A stretch of DNA of 64,000 bases, taken from assembly GCA_965215265.1 (NCBI GenBank), contig OZ244048.1, positions 1,280,001 through 1,344,000 on the forward strand, written 5' to 3'. A program made the position numbers and the translations under genes. The number at the start of each line of letters is the position of its first letter. Position 1 is the first letter of the stretch. This stretch comes from Candidatus Poribacteria bacterium. Its GTDB lineage: Bacteria > Poribacteria > WGA-4E > WGA-3G. Shown piece by piece: positions 1 through 10,623 of this stretch. The notes beneath the pieces are model-generated. The model searched no databases. It worked only from the letters and a program-made list of their open reading frames with translations, and was not told the DNA's origin.

Positions 1-268
1 AGAACTTGTAGTCTTGAAAAACGAGTCCTATCTTCTGTCTAAAGTAAGGAAGATTTAGGCGATTTAGTTCAGCGAGGGGTTGCCCAAGGACGTTCAGATG
101 CCCTTCGGTTGGTATTAAGTCGCGGTATAACAATCGCAGTAGGGTTGTTTTCCCTGCTCCGCTTGGCCCGACGAGAAAAACAAACTCGCCGCGTTCAACG
201 CGAAAACTAACCTTCTCAAGCACGCTGAGTTCGCTATAACTGAAACTAACCTGATGAACCTGGATCAT
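1..268 (-). CDS. ftsE: Cell division ATP-binding protein FtsE (5' part, runs off window; absent from ORF track)
   Basis: Manual translation from ATG at 268: MIQVHQVSFSYSELSVLEKVSFRVERGEFVFLVGPSGAGKTTLLRLLYRDLIPTEG...RQKIGLVFQDYKF. Has Walker A and an FtsE-like IGxVFQDYK Q-loop. Confidence 0.8.
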   Translation of the reverse strand, partial: MIQVHQVSFSYSELSVLEKVSFRVERGEFVFLVGPSGAGKTTLLRLLYRDLIPTEGHLNVLGQPLAELNRLNLPYFRQKIGLVFQDYKF

Positions 269-345
269 TTTTCTCTAAAAGCACTAAGGTGCATTTGGCC
301 TGAGCCGTTCGGAGGCAAGGGGCATCTTGTCAGTGCTGTTGTGGT

Positions 346-2646
346 TTATGTCTCCTTATATTTACACGTTTTGGAATCGCAGACGATAAATGTCTTTCCT
401 GTCGTTTTTTCGATTTTCTCAACGAGGTAAGGAGCTTCGCATTCAGGGCATGGTTGCGGTAAGGGTTTGTCCCATGTTGAAAATTCGCACGTCGGATAGT
501 TGCTACATCCATAAAAGATCTTTCCGCGTCGGGTTCGACGTTCTCCGATATAGCCGTTGCAGTTAGCTTCAGGGCAGTCAACGCCCATGGGAATTGGCTT
601 TGCGTTTTTGCATGCTGGAAATCCACTGCAGGATAAAAATTGTGCCCCGGTGCGGCTAGTTTTGATAACCATCTGTTCCCCGCACTTTTCGCAAGTGTAC
701 TCGGTAGTTTGGGGTTCTGCTATGGGTTCTTCATCAGCGTTGAGGCGTTTGATATTCTGGCATTCTGGATAGTTTCCGCATCCGAGGAAACGTCCGTAGC
801 GTCCCCACTTGACAATCATGGTAGCTCCGCACTTTTCACAGACGGAGTCGGATTCGGTTTCCATTGCCTTTCGTGCCTGATACATCTTATCAGGTGCCTC
901 TTGCAAGGCGGTTTGAAATGACGGATAAAACTCGTCTAACATAAATGCCCACTTAACATTGCCATCTGCGACGGTATCGAGTTGTTTCTCCATCTGTGCT
1001 GTGAATTCAACATCAACAATGTTGGGGAATCCATAAATAAGGAGTTGATTGACAAGTCGTCCAACATCTGTAGGTAAGAGGCGGCCTTGTTCTTTTGTCA
1101 CGTATCCACGGTCTTGAATGGTTGAGAGAATGCTTGCGTACGTGCTGGGCCGACCGATTTCTTTCGCTTCTAACGTTTTAACAAGCGTTGCCTCATTATA
1201 ACGGGGTGGCGGTTGCGTCCAATGTTGCTTAGGTAACAGTTTGTGAAGTTTGAGGGTATCGCCTTCTTTTACTACAGGCAGGTTTGGGTTTTCTGTGGAT
1301 GTCTCACCTATAGGTGTTTTTTCTCCGTTTTGTTCTATGTCATCTTTCCCTTCCATATAGACGCTCCGGAACCCCTTAAACTTGATAACCGACCCGGTCG
1401 CCCGAAACAGGTACTGCCCTGCTTTTATATCGATGGTGGTTGCGTCAAAAATAGCGGGCCTCATTTGACTGGCGATGAACCGCATCCAAATCAGTTCGTA
1501 GAGGCGGTACTGTTCCTGAGTCAGGTAAGGTTTCAGTGCTGTCGGTGTCCGCAACGGCATGGTGGGGCGTACAGCTTCGTGTGCATCTTGCGCACCCTTT
1601 TTGGTTTTGTATTGGACAGCACGGGTAGGCAAGTATTCTGTTCCGTATGTTGTTTTAATGTATTTGCGTGCGGCTTGGAGTGCTTCCTGGGCGACGCGCG
1701 TTGAATCGGTGCGCATGTAGGTGATGAGCCCGATGGCTCCTTCCTTTCCAATTTCTAATCCTTCGTAGAGTTGTTGCGCGATGCGCATCGTTCTTTTGGC
1801 AGTAAACCTGAGTTTACGTGAGGCTTCCTGCTGCAAGGTACTGGTAATAAAAGGTGGGACTGGCCGTTGTTTTCGCTCACGTTTTTGCACCTTATCGACG
1901 ATGTATGTTTGATTTTGTGCGTCATCGGCGATTTCTTTTGCCAGGTCTTCATCGATGCGGAATCCGTAGTTATTGATGTCGCCTTTCTTAGTCCCGATTC
2001 GGTATAGTTTGGCAAGGAACAGATGTTTCTGCAAGTTTTGCTCTGTGATGGGTGAGAGGGTTGCAGTGAGTGTCCAATATTCTTTCGGTTTAAAGGCTTC
2101 AATTTCCACTTCGCGTTCGCAGATGAACCGTACTGCGACGGATTGCACGCGTCCTGCGCTCAGTCCGGGTTTGACACTACGCCACAAAATGGGGCTAATC
2201 TGATATCCGACGAGTCTATCTAAAACGCGCCGTGCTTGTTGCGCGTCGACGAGTGACATGTTAATCTGTCCTGGATTCTGAATGGCTTGTAATATCGCGT
2301 CTTTGGTGATTTCGTTATAGACTATCCGATAAATGGGCTTTTTCGTCTTTTTTAATTCTTCAGCAATATGCCAGCAGATGGCTTCGCCTTCCCGGTCCGG
2401 ATCTGCGGCGAGGAAGATGCTGTCTACCTTCCGTGCGGATTCTGTGAGAGCTTTAATAACCTTTCCTTTTCCGTGAATACGGACATATTTAGGCTTAAAA
2501 GCATTTTCTATATCGACACCGAGTTCCTTTTTCGGCAGATCTCGGATGTGCCCGACGGAAGATTCGAGAATGTAATTCTTACCTAAAATCTTCTTAATGG
2601 TTTTCGCTTTCGCGGGGGATTCAACAACGACGAGTGACTTGGACAT
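346..2646 (-). CDS. topA: DNA topoisomerase I
   Basis: TOPRIM VVESPAKAK and DPDREGEAI, SAGRVQS, catalytic ITYMRTDS, C-terminal zinc ribbons. Confidence 0.97.
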   Translation of the reverse strand: MSKSLVVVESPAKAKTIKKILGKNYILESSVGHIRDLPKKELGVDIENAFKPKYVRIHGKGKVIKALTESARKVDSIFLAADPDREGEAICWHIAEELKKTKKPIYRIVYNEITKDAILQAIQNPGQINMSLVDAQQARRVLDRLVGYQISPILWRSVKPGLSAGRVQSVAVRFICEREVEIEAFKPKEYWTLTATLSPITEQNLQKHLFLAKLYRIGTKKGDINNYGFRIDEDLAKEIADDAQNQTYIVDKVQKRERKQRPVPPFITSTLQQEASRKLRFTAKRTMRIAQQLYEGLEIGKEGAIGLITYMRTDSTRVAQEALQAARKYIKTTYGTEYLPTRAVQYKTKKGAQDAHEAVRPTMPLRTPTALKPYLTQEQYRLYELIWMRFIASQMRPAIFDATTIDIKAGQYLFRATGSVIKFKGFRSVYMEGKDDIEQNGEKTPIGETSTENPNLPVVKEGDTLKLHKLLPKQHWTQPPPRYNEATLVKTLEAKEIGRPSTYASILSTIQDRGYVTKEQGRLLPTDVGRLVNQLLIYGFPNIVDVEFTAQMEKQLDTVADGNVKWAFMLDEFYPSFQTALQEAPDKMYQARKAMETESDSVCEKCGATMIVKWGRYGRFLGCGNYPECQNIKRLNADEEPIAEPQTTEYTCEKCGEQMVIKTSRTGAQFLSCSGFPACKNAKPIPMGVDCPEANCNGYIGERRTRRGKIFYGCSNYPTCEFSTWDKPLPQPCPECEAPYLVEKIEKTTGKTFIVCDSKTCKYKET

Positions 2647-2884
2647 GTTAGGTTCCTATAAGTTTTATCAAAATATCCTCTTATGTTAATGCCTTTTTAC
2701 TATTAACGCAACATGAAATCAGAAAGTTGCAAAGTTTGTAAAGTCTCTAAATTTTTTTGTGCAGTATCGGCTTAGTTTTATTTTTGGGGAGGGTTTTCAT
2801 GTTCTTTATGTTTCTAATGTATTGTATTGATTGTCAAAATTCCTTATAAAAAGCGGTGCCCTTTCGTGTCTTGTGTAGTTGGTT

Positions 2885-3661
2885 TCATTCTTGGGCAAAT
2901 TCGACAAGTTCTGTGAGGCGCTGTCGCATTTCTGTGCGATGGACGATAGTATCGATGAAACCGTGTTCTAATAATGCCTCTGCTTTCTGAAAGTTTTCTG
3001 GGAGTTCTTCGTGTAGGCTGGCGACGGCTAAGGGTCCAGCAAAACCGATGCGTGCCCCGGGTTCTGCGATAATGACATCACCGAGGGAGGTATAACTGGC
3101 GGTGGCACCGCCAAACGTTGGATCGGTGACGACAGAGATGTAAAAAACGCCCTTTTTCGCGTATTCCGCACAAGCTGCTGCAGTTTTTGCCATTTGCATT
3201 AAGGCGAGGGTGCCTTCCTGCATCCGCATGCCGCCGCTGACAGAGACGATGATTAAAGGCAGCTTGTTCTCAAGGGCACGTTCAATACAGCGAGTCACCT
3301 TTTCACCGATGACGGAACCGCAAGTTCCGCCTATGAATCCGACATCGCCTACCGCGATTGCAGTGGGATGTCCGCCGATGTTTGCGATGCCTGAGAGCAT
3401 TTCAGATCGGAGTCCTGTTTTGGCAATGTCACGGGCGAGCTTCTCCGGATAGTCCGGGAATTTTAACGAATCAATTGAATAAAGATGTGCATCGTATTCC
3501 TCGAAGCTGCCTTTATCTATGATGAGGTTGAGCCGCTCGTGAGCTGTCAGATAGTGATGATACCCACAGTGCTGGCACACTTTCAGATTTTTGATAAATG
3601 TCTCTTCGGTGAACTGAAGGTTGCAATTTTTACAAAAGAGTGTTTTTGAAGTGTCGTTCAT
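2885..3661 (-). CDS. accD: Acetyl-CoA carboxylase carboxyltransferase beta subunit
   Basis: N-terminal C4 zinc finger, SGGMRMQEG, DPTFGG, AEPGARIGFAG. Confidence 0.93.
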   Translation of the reverse strand: MNDTSKTLFCKNCNLQFTEETFIKNLKVCQHCGYHHYLTAHERLNLIIDKGSFEEYDAHLYSIDSLKFPDYPEKLARDIAKTGLRSEMLSGIANIGGHPTAIAVGDVGFIGGTCGSVIGEKVTRCIERALENKLPLIIVSVSGGMRMQEGTLALMQMAKTAAACAEYAKKGVFYISVVTDPTFGGATASYTSLGDVIIAEPGARIGFAGPLAVASLHEELPENFQKAEALLEHGFIDTIVHRTEMRQRLTELVEFAQE

Positions 3662-3822
3662 TTTTTGTTTAACAGAATTTGCGTTTTTGTTTTGTGTGTA
3701 GAAGAATGGTGTATCGCGCTTTCCGATTGTACTTTAGCGAAAGCGCGACACGAATAATTATACAGCCGTGTGTGAAACTTTCCAAGGTACAACAAAGTTG
3801 GATGCGATGGAAAAAAGATGGG

Positions 3823-4640
3823 TTAACGTCCTGTTTTGAGACGGCCCCAGGTCATCGAGAGTTTGCCGGCAGGCTCAACGTCGAGTGCCTCCTTCGCCCC
3901 TTGGTCTTTGAAGGTGTTAATATCATCTTCGCTCAGCGCTCGGTTCCAGAGCCGAACTTCGTCAATAATTCCTGCGAAAATGTAGTTTTCCCGTTCACAA
4001 TCCTGTCCGATTCGCCATGGATCGTCATTGGCACCGAGTTTCCCTGGAACGTTGCCATCAACGACAGGTTCTCCGTCGACGTATATTATGCCGGTCTTGC
4101 CATCGTTGGTAAAAGCAATATGTACCCATTTTCCGGTTTCAGGTAAATCGGTTGCGATATCATTTCTGCCGGCTTCGGTTTCAACTCTAAGCTTGAAGGT
4201 ACCACCTTCGCTAAACAGTCCGTATTGCACTCTACCTCCGCAGCCGCCATGGACGGATTTTCCAACGATTTGGCGCACTCCGTTCCAATGTTCAGCGTTA
4301 ATCCACGCCATGAAGGTGCATTCGTTAACATTAAGTTTGTCTGTGCTTTCGCGGTAACGAAGGTACCACTACCATCTCCTCCAAATTCGAGTGCTGTTTC
4401 AAATTTTCCTTTGACCCATACAGGATTGTCAATTTCGCCGTCGTGTCCGTTTCCGCTGAGGTCTTCAGCTCTCGCGCCTTTGCCTTCATCGTAGGCATGG
4501 TAGAGTACCAAGCCTTCGATAAAGTCTTGTGCCGCGGCAAACGGTATAGCACCTATAAGGATGGTTAGTACTATACCACTGAATGCTACCTTGCGTAGAT
4601 TTTTACGACACGACTCATTGTAAAAAATAGCTTTTTTCAT
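3823..4640 (-). CDS. Secreted LamG-like jellyroll protein, frameshifted near 4351 (1-bp deletion; artefact or pseudogene)
   Basis: ORFs 4086..4706 and 3823..4311 join into one ~272-aa protein if one base is added at FVT/ESTDKLNVNECTFMAW. The joined protein is colinear with the intact paralog at 62135..62896. Confidence 0.8.
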
Positions 4641-4832
4641 TTTCGGAACTTCCTCCTTATTTTTTGAAAGATAAAATATTTTACCAATATTCAGGGTTTT
4701 TGTCAAGTTTATTTAGAGAACGTTCATAACGTAGGGCTAAATCGCACTGCCTATGCTCGGCCCTCCTTGAAATTTTTCAGAAATTCTGATAGTCTTATAC
4801 TTAATCACATTAGCAATAGCGGAGAATAATGC

Positions 4833-5669
4833 ATGCACACCATCTACTCCACTTTGACAGAAGAAGAAAAGTGGTATTTTGATTTACACGGATTTCTCAT
4901 CTTACGGAATGTTATTCCTAAGGCTGAGGTTGGAGAGATGTTGAAGGTGCTTCGGCACTGGTTAACTATTGACGAGAGTGGTCTCCCATCTCCGTTAAAA
5001 CGGAGTCGACAAGAACCGTGCAAAACGCATCTTGATCATGTTCAATACGGGCATAAGTTGTTCGCGGAGCTCGCGATGAATCAGGAGCTTATGCGGGTCG
5101 TAGCAGGGTTAACGATGAACGCGCCGCGCTTGTTCCACTGTAATTTCACGATGATGACGAAACACGATTCGCCACAACATTTTCATAGGGATGATAGCGG
5201 TTTTAAGTTTCCCCCGGGGTTTCGCAATCCACATAACGATTATCAGGCTGCGGCGGGGCATATCTACTGTAGTCACATTGCGACGTGGGTTGCCCTCGTG
5301 GATGTGCCTCCGGGCACAGGTTTCTGTCTCGTTCCGGGCAGTCATAAATCTGAGTTTCCGATGCCGGTGCATCTGCCGGTGAAACATAATCCTCCGACAT
5401 CTATCACATTGCCAATGAATGCGGGTGATATAGCCATTTTTTCTACCAATCTTCTACACGATGCGAGTCCATGGACAGAGGAGTACCCCCGCATGAATAT
5501 CTTTCAACGTTATCAACTGAGTGCCTATTTCAATGAGTCGGGAAAGGGTGGGTACCCTCTTGACGAACATCGCCACAAGATTCCGGATGAGCAGTATGAA
5601 TTGGAATCACTCTCGAAAGACGTGAAAGCGGTTGTGCAGCGTATTTTACCAAAAGGAGGTAAAGAATGA
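4833..5669 (+). CDS. Phytanoyl-CoA dioxygenase (PhyH) family protein
   Basis: HRD iron motif, LVPGSHK, AGDIAIF, distal LLH. Confidence 0.85.
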   Translation: MHTIYSTLTEEEKWYFDLHGFLILRNVIPKAEVGEMLKVLRHWLTIDESGLPSPLKRSRQEPCKTHLDHVQYGHKLFAELAMNQELMRVVAGLTMNAPRLFHCNFTMMTKHDSPQHFHRDDSGFKFPPGFRNPHNDYQAAAGHIYCSHIATWVALVDVPPGTGFCLVPGSHKSEFPMPVHLPVKHNPPTSITLPMNAGDIAIFSTNLLHDASPWTEEYPRMNIFQRYQLSAYFNESGKGGYPLDEHRHKIPDEQYELESLSKDVKAVVQRILPKGGKE

Positions 5670-6430
5670 GTTTGAAAGATCAAGTCTGTCTTATCACCGG
5701 TGGCGGGAGCGGCATTGGACGTGGTGCTGCCTGCATCATGGCGAAGGACGGTGCGACAGTGGTTCTTGCCGGCAGAACTGCTGCAAAATTGGCGGCTGTC
5801 ACAGCTGAAATTGAAGCGGCGGGCGGAAGTGCCATCAGCTACACGGTTGATGTTGCAGACTATTCTGGTGTCCAAGCGATGGTTGCCGATGTACTGGCGA
5901 AGTTTGGACGCATTGATGTCCTCGTGAACAATGCTGGACACAGTTCGCTTAACCGGCGGCTTCTCAACACAACACAGGAAGAAATGCGTTCAGTTATCGA
6001 TTCAAATCTGATCGGTACTTTCTTTTGTACGCAGTCAGTCGTGCCGGCGATGTTGAAAGCGAAATCGGGTACAATTATCAATATCTCTTCGCTCGCTGCG
6101 ATGACCCCCGGTCCGTTTAGCGGTTTTCCGTATGGCGCGGCGAAAGCAGCAGTCATCAATTTTACAGAATATCTCAATACAGATTTAAGAAACACAGGCA
6201 TCCGTGCAAGCGTTATTATCCCTGGTGAAGTTGCCACGCCGATTTTGGACAAACGCCCGGTTCCTCCGGATGCCGAAGCACGCCAGATGATGGTAGATGT
6301 TGACGAGACATCCGCTGCCATACACCTCATAGCAACGTTACCGCAGCGAAGCAACATCCCTGAGTTAGTTATCCGTCCTACGATGCACCGGAGCACAGAA
6401 GGCGAGCTCGTTCAATTTAACGAAATATAG
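5666..6430 (+). CDS. Short-chain dehydrogenase/reductase
   Basis: TGGGSGIG, NNAG, YGAAK; ATGA overlap with the upstream gene. Confidence 0.9.
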   Translation: MSLKDQVCLITGGGSGIGRGAACIMAKDGATVVLAGRTAAKLAAVTAEIEAAGGSAISYTVDVADYSGVQAMVADVLAKFGRIDVLVNNAGHSSLNRRLLNTTQEEMRSVIDSNLIGTFFCTQSVVPAMLKAKSGTIINISSLAAMTPGPFSGFPYGAAKAAVINFTEYLNTDLRNTGIRASVIIPGEVATPILDKRPVPPDAEARQMMVDVDETSAAIHLIATLPQRSNIPELVIRPTMHRSTEGELVQFNEI

Positions 6431-6454
6431 GGTATCTTGAGCAAGGCTATGCTC

Positions 6455-7495
6455 CTACCGGTAAATTGACGTTTGCGGATGATAACGTGCCCAAGCGAAC
6501 CAATAGATATTGACAGCAGGCAGCCGTTCTAAATATTCGCCTTTGTATTTGCCGGCAGTTGCCGCCCCGGTAATGAGGTTCCACTGTGTGCCGGAATCGT
6601 CTTCTGCTACATGGCCGTTTTGCGAGATAAAGGTTAGTAGCGTATTCCCTAACTGCCGCGTAAAGACTGCTGTTGCAAAAGAATCTGTGTCGTGAAAAAT
6701 TAACAACGGCACTTCATTCAAAGTATCGTTGATTAAAGTGGTTTCTGCAAACTGTGTGAGCGGATAGGCGCGATACCGGCTTTCTCCGTTTTTGTTCGGT
6801 ACTTGAACGCCGATGACGAGTGCTTTATTTGGGAGCCGGTCATCGGTGTAGTTCATCCCGCTCACGCCTGCGCGGGTACTGGCATGGTAGTCTGCGTAGA
6901 CATCTCGTTTTTTGCTTTCACTCGTTCTATTTCCCGACATGACAGATAGCACCTGTGTCGTCGGGTAATTCATCTGCCATGTTTTCCACGCAATCTGTGG
7001 CATAGCGGCAAGGGGTTTTAACCGCTTGCCCTTGAGTTCCCCTTGTATCGCTTCACCCGTAATGTGGGACCAGAGTGAACGGGTCTGATGATCGTACATC
7101 AAAAGTGCGTCTCGCCATAGTTTGCCGCTGACTCCGAACGTATAGGTTTTTCCTTCCAGTTCTCGGCTATACACGATAGCGGTTTTGCACAAGGGTCACC
7201 AGGTTGTGGCAATCTTCTGTCCACCGACAACGTCATTGACAATTTCATGCCCATTTAGCAGATAGAGGGAGTAGGCGTGGCTTTCCCCGTTGAAGCTAAC
7301 ACCGATAACAGGTGCAGCCGCGTCTAATTGTGCGTTCGCTGCAGGAACGAACTGTGGTTCAGTGATTGCCGGGATGGCATCAAACGGGAGCAGCGTCCGA
7401 ATCGCGTCCTTTGAATAATCGGTTACACTGCGTTCAGCGGAAGTAACAAATGGGAAAATGGACATTAGGAGTATGAGGAGGCTGTAGATTTTCAT
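6455..7495 (-). CDS. DUF3179-family secreted selenoprotein (Sec100, UPLC motif)
   Basis: ORFs 7196..7606 and 6455..7192 share a frame and are separated only by TGA (7196-7198) in ATTW-U-PLCKT, which matches the CPLC motif of DUF3179. Also DAIPAITEPQF, HEIVND and FGVSGKL...LLMYD..T.SLWS; signal peptide from ATG 7495. Confidence 0.85.
7166..7180 (-). promoter_or_regulatory. Putative bacterial SECIS hairpin
   Basis: GCUAU-CGUGU-AUAGC stem-loop starting 15 nt after the in-frame UGA, with G in the second loop position. Confidence 0.55.
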
Positions 7496-7679
7496 AAGAG
7501 TTCCTTTCGTTTTTCGACATAAATATGTTGAGAATAGCGGAAACGAGTTAATAACATTATACTTCAAGAGACTTAAGAGATGCAAGTTATACGCAGAGAT
7601 GGGCAAAACTATGTGACACCTGCAGGGCGAAACCGATTGATGAAGATAACCAGGCGTAAGAGTTTGCAGATGGCCCCGA

Positions 7680-10322
7680 TTAGACCTCCTCCGCAGTCGT
7701 CACGACTTGGTAATCCACGTTCAGGGCTTCTAGGAAATGCCGTTCACCGCATCGGATTTTATCGCTCTCACCCCGCCTAAGCTCCCCTACATCCGTTGTG
7801 CCTTTCGTCTCTCGCACTAAGTACAGCGTCTCACCCATCGATTCACCATGCGCATCACGCTCCTCTTTCACTATCGCCCAATCCGGATTATACGCACCTA
7901 TCGGCGTCGGAACGGTAAAGAACGCCGGAAGTTTGAGGTAGCACCGGATGTCATCCCGGTTTTCTAAACCCTTAACAAACTCGCGTTCTACCTCCGAATC
8001 ACATATCACCTTATCATAGACGCAACGCTTCGCCGGCACCAGATATTTCTCCCAACTTTCCAACTCGCAATCCAATTGGCACATCTCGTAAACTTCGCCT
8101 ATCTTCTCATATTTTATCCCCGCAATCAACTGCTCTCTAAGCTTCTCTCTGATGAGCCGTACCACAACCTTTACGAATTCAGGGGGATTGTCTATCGCCG
8201 CACGTTGCTGTTCAGTGCGCTTGAGGATTTCTAACAGCGTCGCGCGCGTCAACCGCAGCGGCGGCGTGGTATGCTCCAACCGATGCGCTATGTCACTCAA
8301 AACGTCCGAACGCCCCGATAACTGATAGGTAAAATGACTCTCCCCACTGTGCCGCCCCTCAAACCTCGTCGTTTCTTCATCAATCACCACGTCCCCTTTA
8401 CCAATTTTGAGGGTAGGCGCTAAAATCTTTGTTTCATCTAAGCCGGCGACAACGGCTCCAACTAATGCCTCCGTCTCAATCTCGACCTGGTATCGCGTCT
8501 TATGTTTTATCCGTTCCCACAACGTCTGAAACTCAGGCGTAAGCACTTTCATTTTGTCTAAGCGTGCGGTGTCCCGTTTTCGCGCATCCGCCGGGGTGGA
8601 CGAGTGCCCCACATCCCCTAGCTCCTCACGCACCTCACTTTGCAGCTGCTCTATGTAGCTCGTATAACTCTCGTTTGCGATGACAGTCAGCACATTGATG
8701 GACTCATCAGGAATCCGTTTACCCGCCTGATTCACCGCAAGCCGAACACCGCGCCCGATTTCCTGCCGTTTTTTCATCTCGGAGACAGTCTGGTTTAGCG
8801 TGCAAATTTGAAACACATTCGGACTATCCCAGCCTTCACGCAGTGCGGAGTGTGAAAAGATGAAGCAAGTCGGCTCATCAAACGAGAGCAGTCTCTCTTT
8901 GTCTTTCATGATGAGTTGATACGCCTCGGCATCTTTCTGTGCGTCTCCGGTTTTGCTATCTTCATAGACGACTTTCCCGCCCTTCCTGCTTTGGGCAAAA
9001 TAGGCGGCTTGCACATCCGCGGCACGCAGCGCTCGCCAGGCCGCAAATCCCGCCGCTTGTTTCAACTCATTGAAACATTTCTCAAACAGCTGACGAATGA
9101 TACCGGCTTCGCTGGCATAATTATCCACCTTATCAATAAAGAAGAGCGATAGCACCTTGATGTTATGTTCTCGGAGCCGCGCTTGTTTTCGAAAGTGCGC
9201 TTCTATTGTATACCGGATTTGCGCCTCAAAAATATCAGAGTTATCTGCCCCATGTGATTCGCCCGTTCTGATTTCTATACCGTTATCAAAGCGCACAGAT
9301 GCCCAGCTCAAGTCAATCTCGTTGACACGGTAGCCGCGATATTCCGGCAGATTTGTCTTGCGAACGGCTCCCAAATCATCTCCTGTTTTGACAGTGAGGG
9401 TTGTGCGTTTGACAGTGCCGCTCTTCTGCAGTTTATGAACTGCGAGCTTCGCCGTCACGCGGGTTTTCTGACTCTGAATGCTCTTGACTTCTATGAACGC
9501 CCGAGTTGTGTTTTCGCTCTTTTCAATACCCGCGACTTCTATCCGTTTGACTAAGCCTTGGCGATAGGCATCATAAGGTGTGAGGCGATAGACGCAATTG
9601 TAGAGATGCCGATGTGTGGCACTGTAGCGCAATGCGAAGAGCGGAGATAAGTTTGCCAACGATTTGAGGCTGAGGGTGCTTTCCATGTGCTGCGGCTCGT
9701 CTAAGATGAGAATAGGGCGCGCTGCTTGAATGAGGTGAATCGGGGTGTCGCCCTGCAGCCTGTCGGTGCGTTGCTGAATGATGTTAGTCGCTTTGTTGAA
9801 GGAGGCAAGCGTCATCACCAGGAACTCCACACTCCCCGAGAGTGCGAATTGCCGAACTTGCGAGAGATTCGCAGAATCGTAAGCATAGTAACAATAAGGT
9901 AGGTTCTGATATAAGTTTTTGAAGTGCGCCTCCGTCATCTGAAGGGTTTTCACCACGCCTTCACGAATTGCGACAGATGGCACGACAATAATAAACTTCC
10001 GCATGCCGTAATGTTGAAAGAGTTCCAGCGCGGTGCGTAAGTAGATGTAAGTCTTCCCGGTGCCGGTTTCCATCTCTACAGAGAAGTTTGGAAACTCCAT
10101 GGATTCTGTTAGATTAGCGTCAAGTGCATCGCCAATGAGCGGCTGAAGATTGGCGTTCAGTTGTTCTGGTTCTAAGTCAAGCCGGTTTGGTATAACGGCG
10201 GCGTGAGTGTCGCCACCGAATTGAAGGCTAACCTCAACGCGGGGCTGCCCTTCAAACAGCTTGATAACCGCATCTATTGCCTCCCGTTGGTAAGCTTGAT
10301 TGGCATCAAATTCAAACTGCAT
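7680..10322 (-). CDS. res: Type III restriction endonuclease subunit Res
   Basis: NFSVEMETGTGKT, ILDEPQ, SAT, SALREGWD, QEIGRGVRL helicase motifs; C-terminal YNPDWA...ETK nuclease motif. Confidence 0.95.
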   Translation of the reverse strand: MQFEFDANQAYQREAIDAVIKLFEGQPRVEVSLQFGGDTHAAVIPNRLDLEPEQLNANLQPLIGDALDANLTESMEFPNFSVEMETGTGKTYIYLRTALELFQHYGMRKFIIVVPSVAIREGVVKTLQMTEAHFKNLYQNLPYCYYAYDSANLSQVRQFALSGSVEFLVMTLASFNKATNIIQQRTDRLQGDTPIHLIQAARPILILDEPQHMESTLSLKSLANLSPLFALRYSATHRHLYNCVYRLTPYDAYRQGLVKRIEVAGIEKSENTTRAFIEVKSIQSQKTRVTAKLAVHKLQKSGTVKRTTLTVKTGDDLGAVRKTNLPEYRGYRVNEIDLSWASVRFDNGIEIRTGESHGADNSDIFEAQIRYTIEAHFRKQARLREHNIKVLSLFFIDKVDNYASEAGIIRQLFEKCFNELKQAAGFAAWRALRAADVQAAYFAQSRKGGKVVYEDSKTGDAQKDAEAYQLIMKDKERLLSFDEPTCFIFSHSALREGWDSPNVFQICTLNQTVSEMKKRQEIGRGVRLAVNQAGKRIPDESINVLTVIANESYTSYIEQLQSEVREELGDVGHSSTPADARKRDTARLDKMKVLTPEFQTLWERIKHKTRYQVEIETEALVGAVVAGLDETKILAPTLKIGKGDVVIDEETTRFEGRHSGESHFTYQLSGRSDVLSDIAHRLEHTTPPLRLTRATLLEILKRTEQQRAAIDNPPEFVKVVVRLIREKLREQLIAGIKYEKIGEVYEMCQLDCELESWEKYLVPAKRCVYDKVICDSEVEREFVKGLENRDDIRCYLKLPAFFTVPTPIGAYNPDWAIVKEERDAHGESMGETLYLVRETKGTTDVGELRRGESDKIRCGERHFLEALNVDYQVVTTAEEV

Positions 10323-10336
10323 CTCTCCTCTTCTTT

Positions 10337-10564
10337 CTCGTATCTGCTCGTAAAATGTTACCTTTTGGTAACATTTTCTTAGACTGCTTTTTGGTTGTGA
10401 GAACGGCCTGTAATTCAGTCACCGTGTGGGTTTTGAGGCGATTCGCACACGTTGTTTCCTCGTATCTCCTTGTAAAACGTTACCATTTGGTAACATTACC
10501 GGCTTGTTGTGGGAACGGCTAAGAAATCAGTCACCGTGTGGGTTTTGAGGCGATTCGCACACGT
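10337..10564. repeat. Two-unit tandem repeat (~112-122 bp) with palindromes, between mod and res
   Basis: Identical 38-mer TCAGTCACCGTGTGGGTTTTGAGGCGATTCGCACACGT at 10415 and 10527. Each unit also carries a GTTACC-N4-GGTAAC palindrome (11-bp arms at 10352-10377). Confidence 0.85.
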
Positions 10565-10623
10565 CATTTTTCGCAGAAAAAAAATAAATTGCAAAAAGTG
10601 TAACGTTTTCCATATGCCGTGTG

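Noticed and set aside
4345-4355. Programmed frameshifts in LamG (4351) and phyH (46727)
   Set aside because: No slippery heptamer or repeat tract; single-base losses are better explained by sequencing error or recent mutation.
10337-10564. Possible CRISPR array (38-bp identical repeats)
   Set aside because: Only two copies, the sequence between them is itself duplicated rather than a unique spacer, and no cas genes are present.
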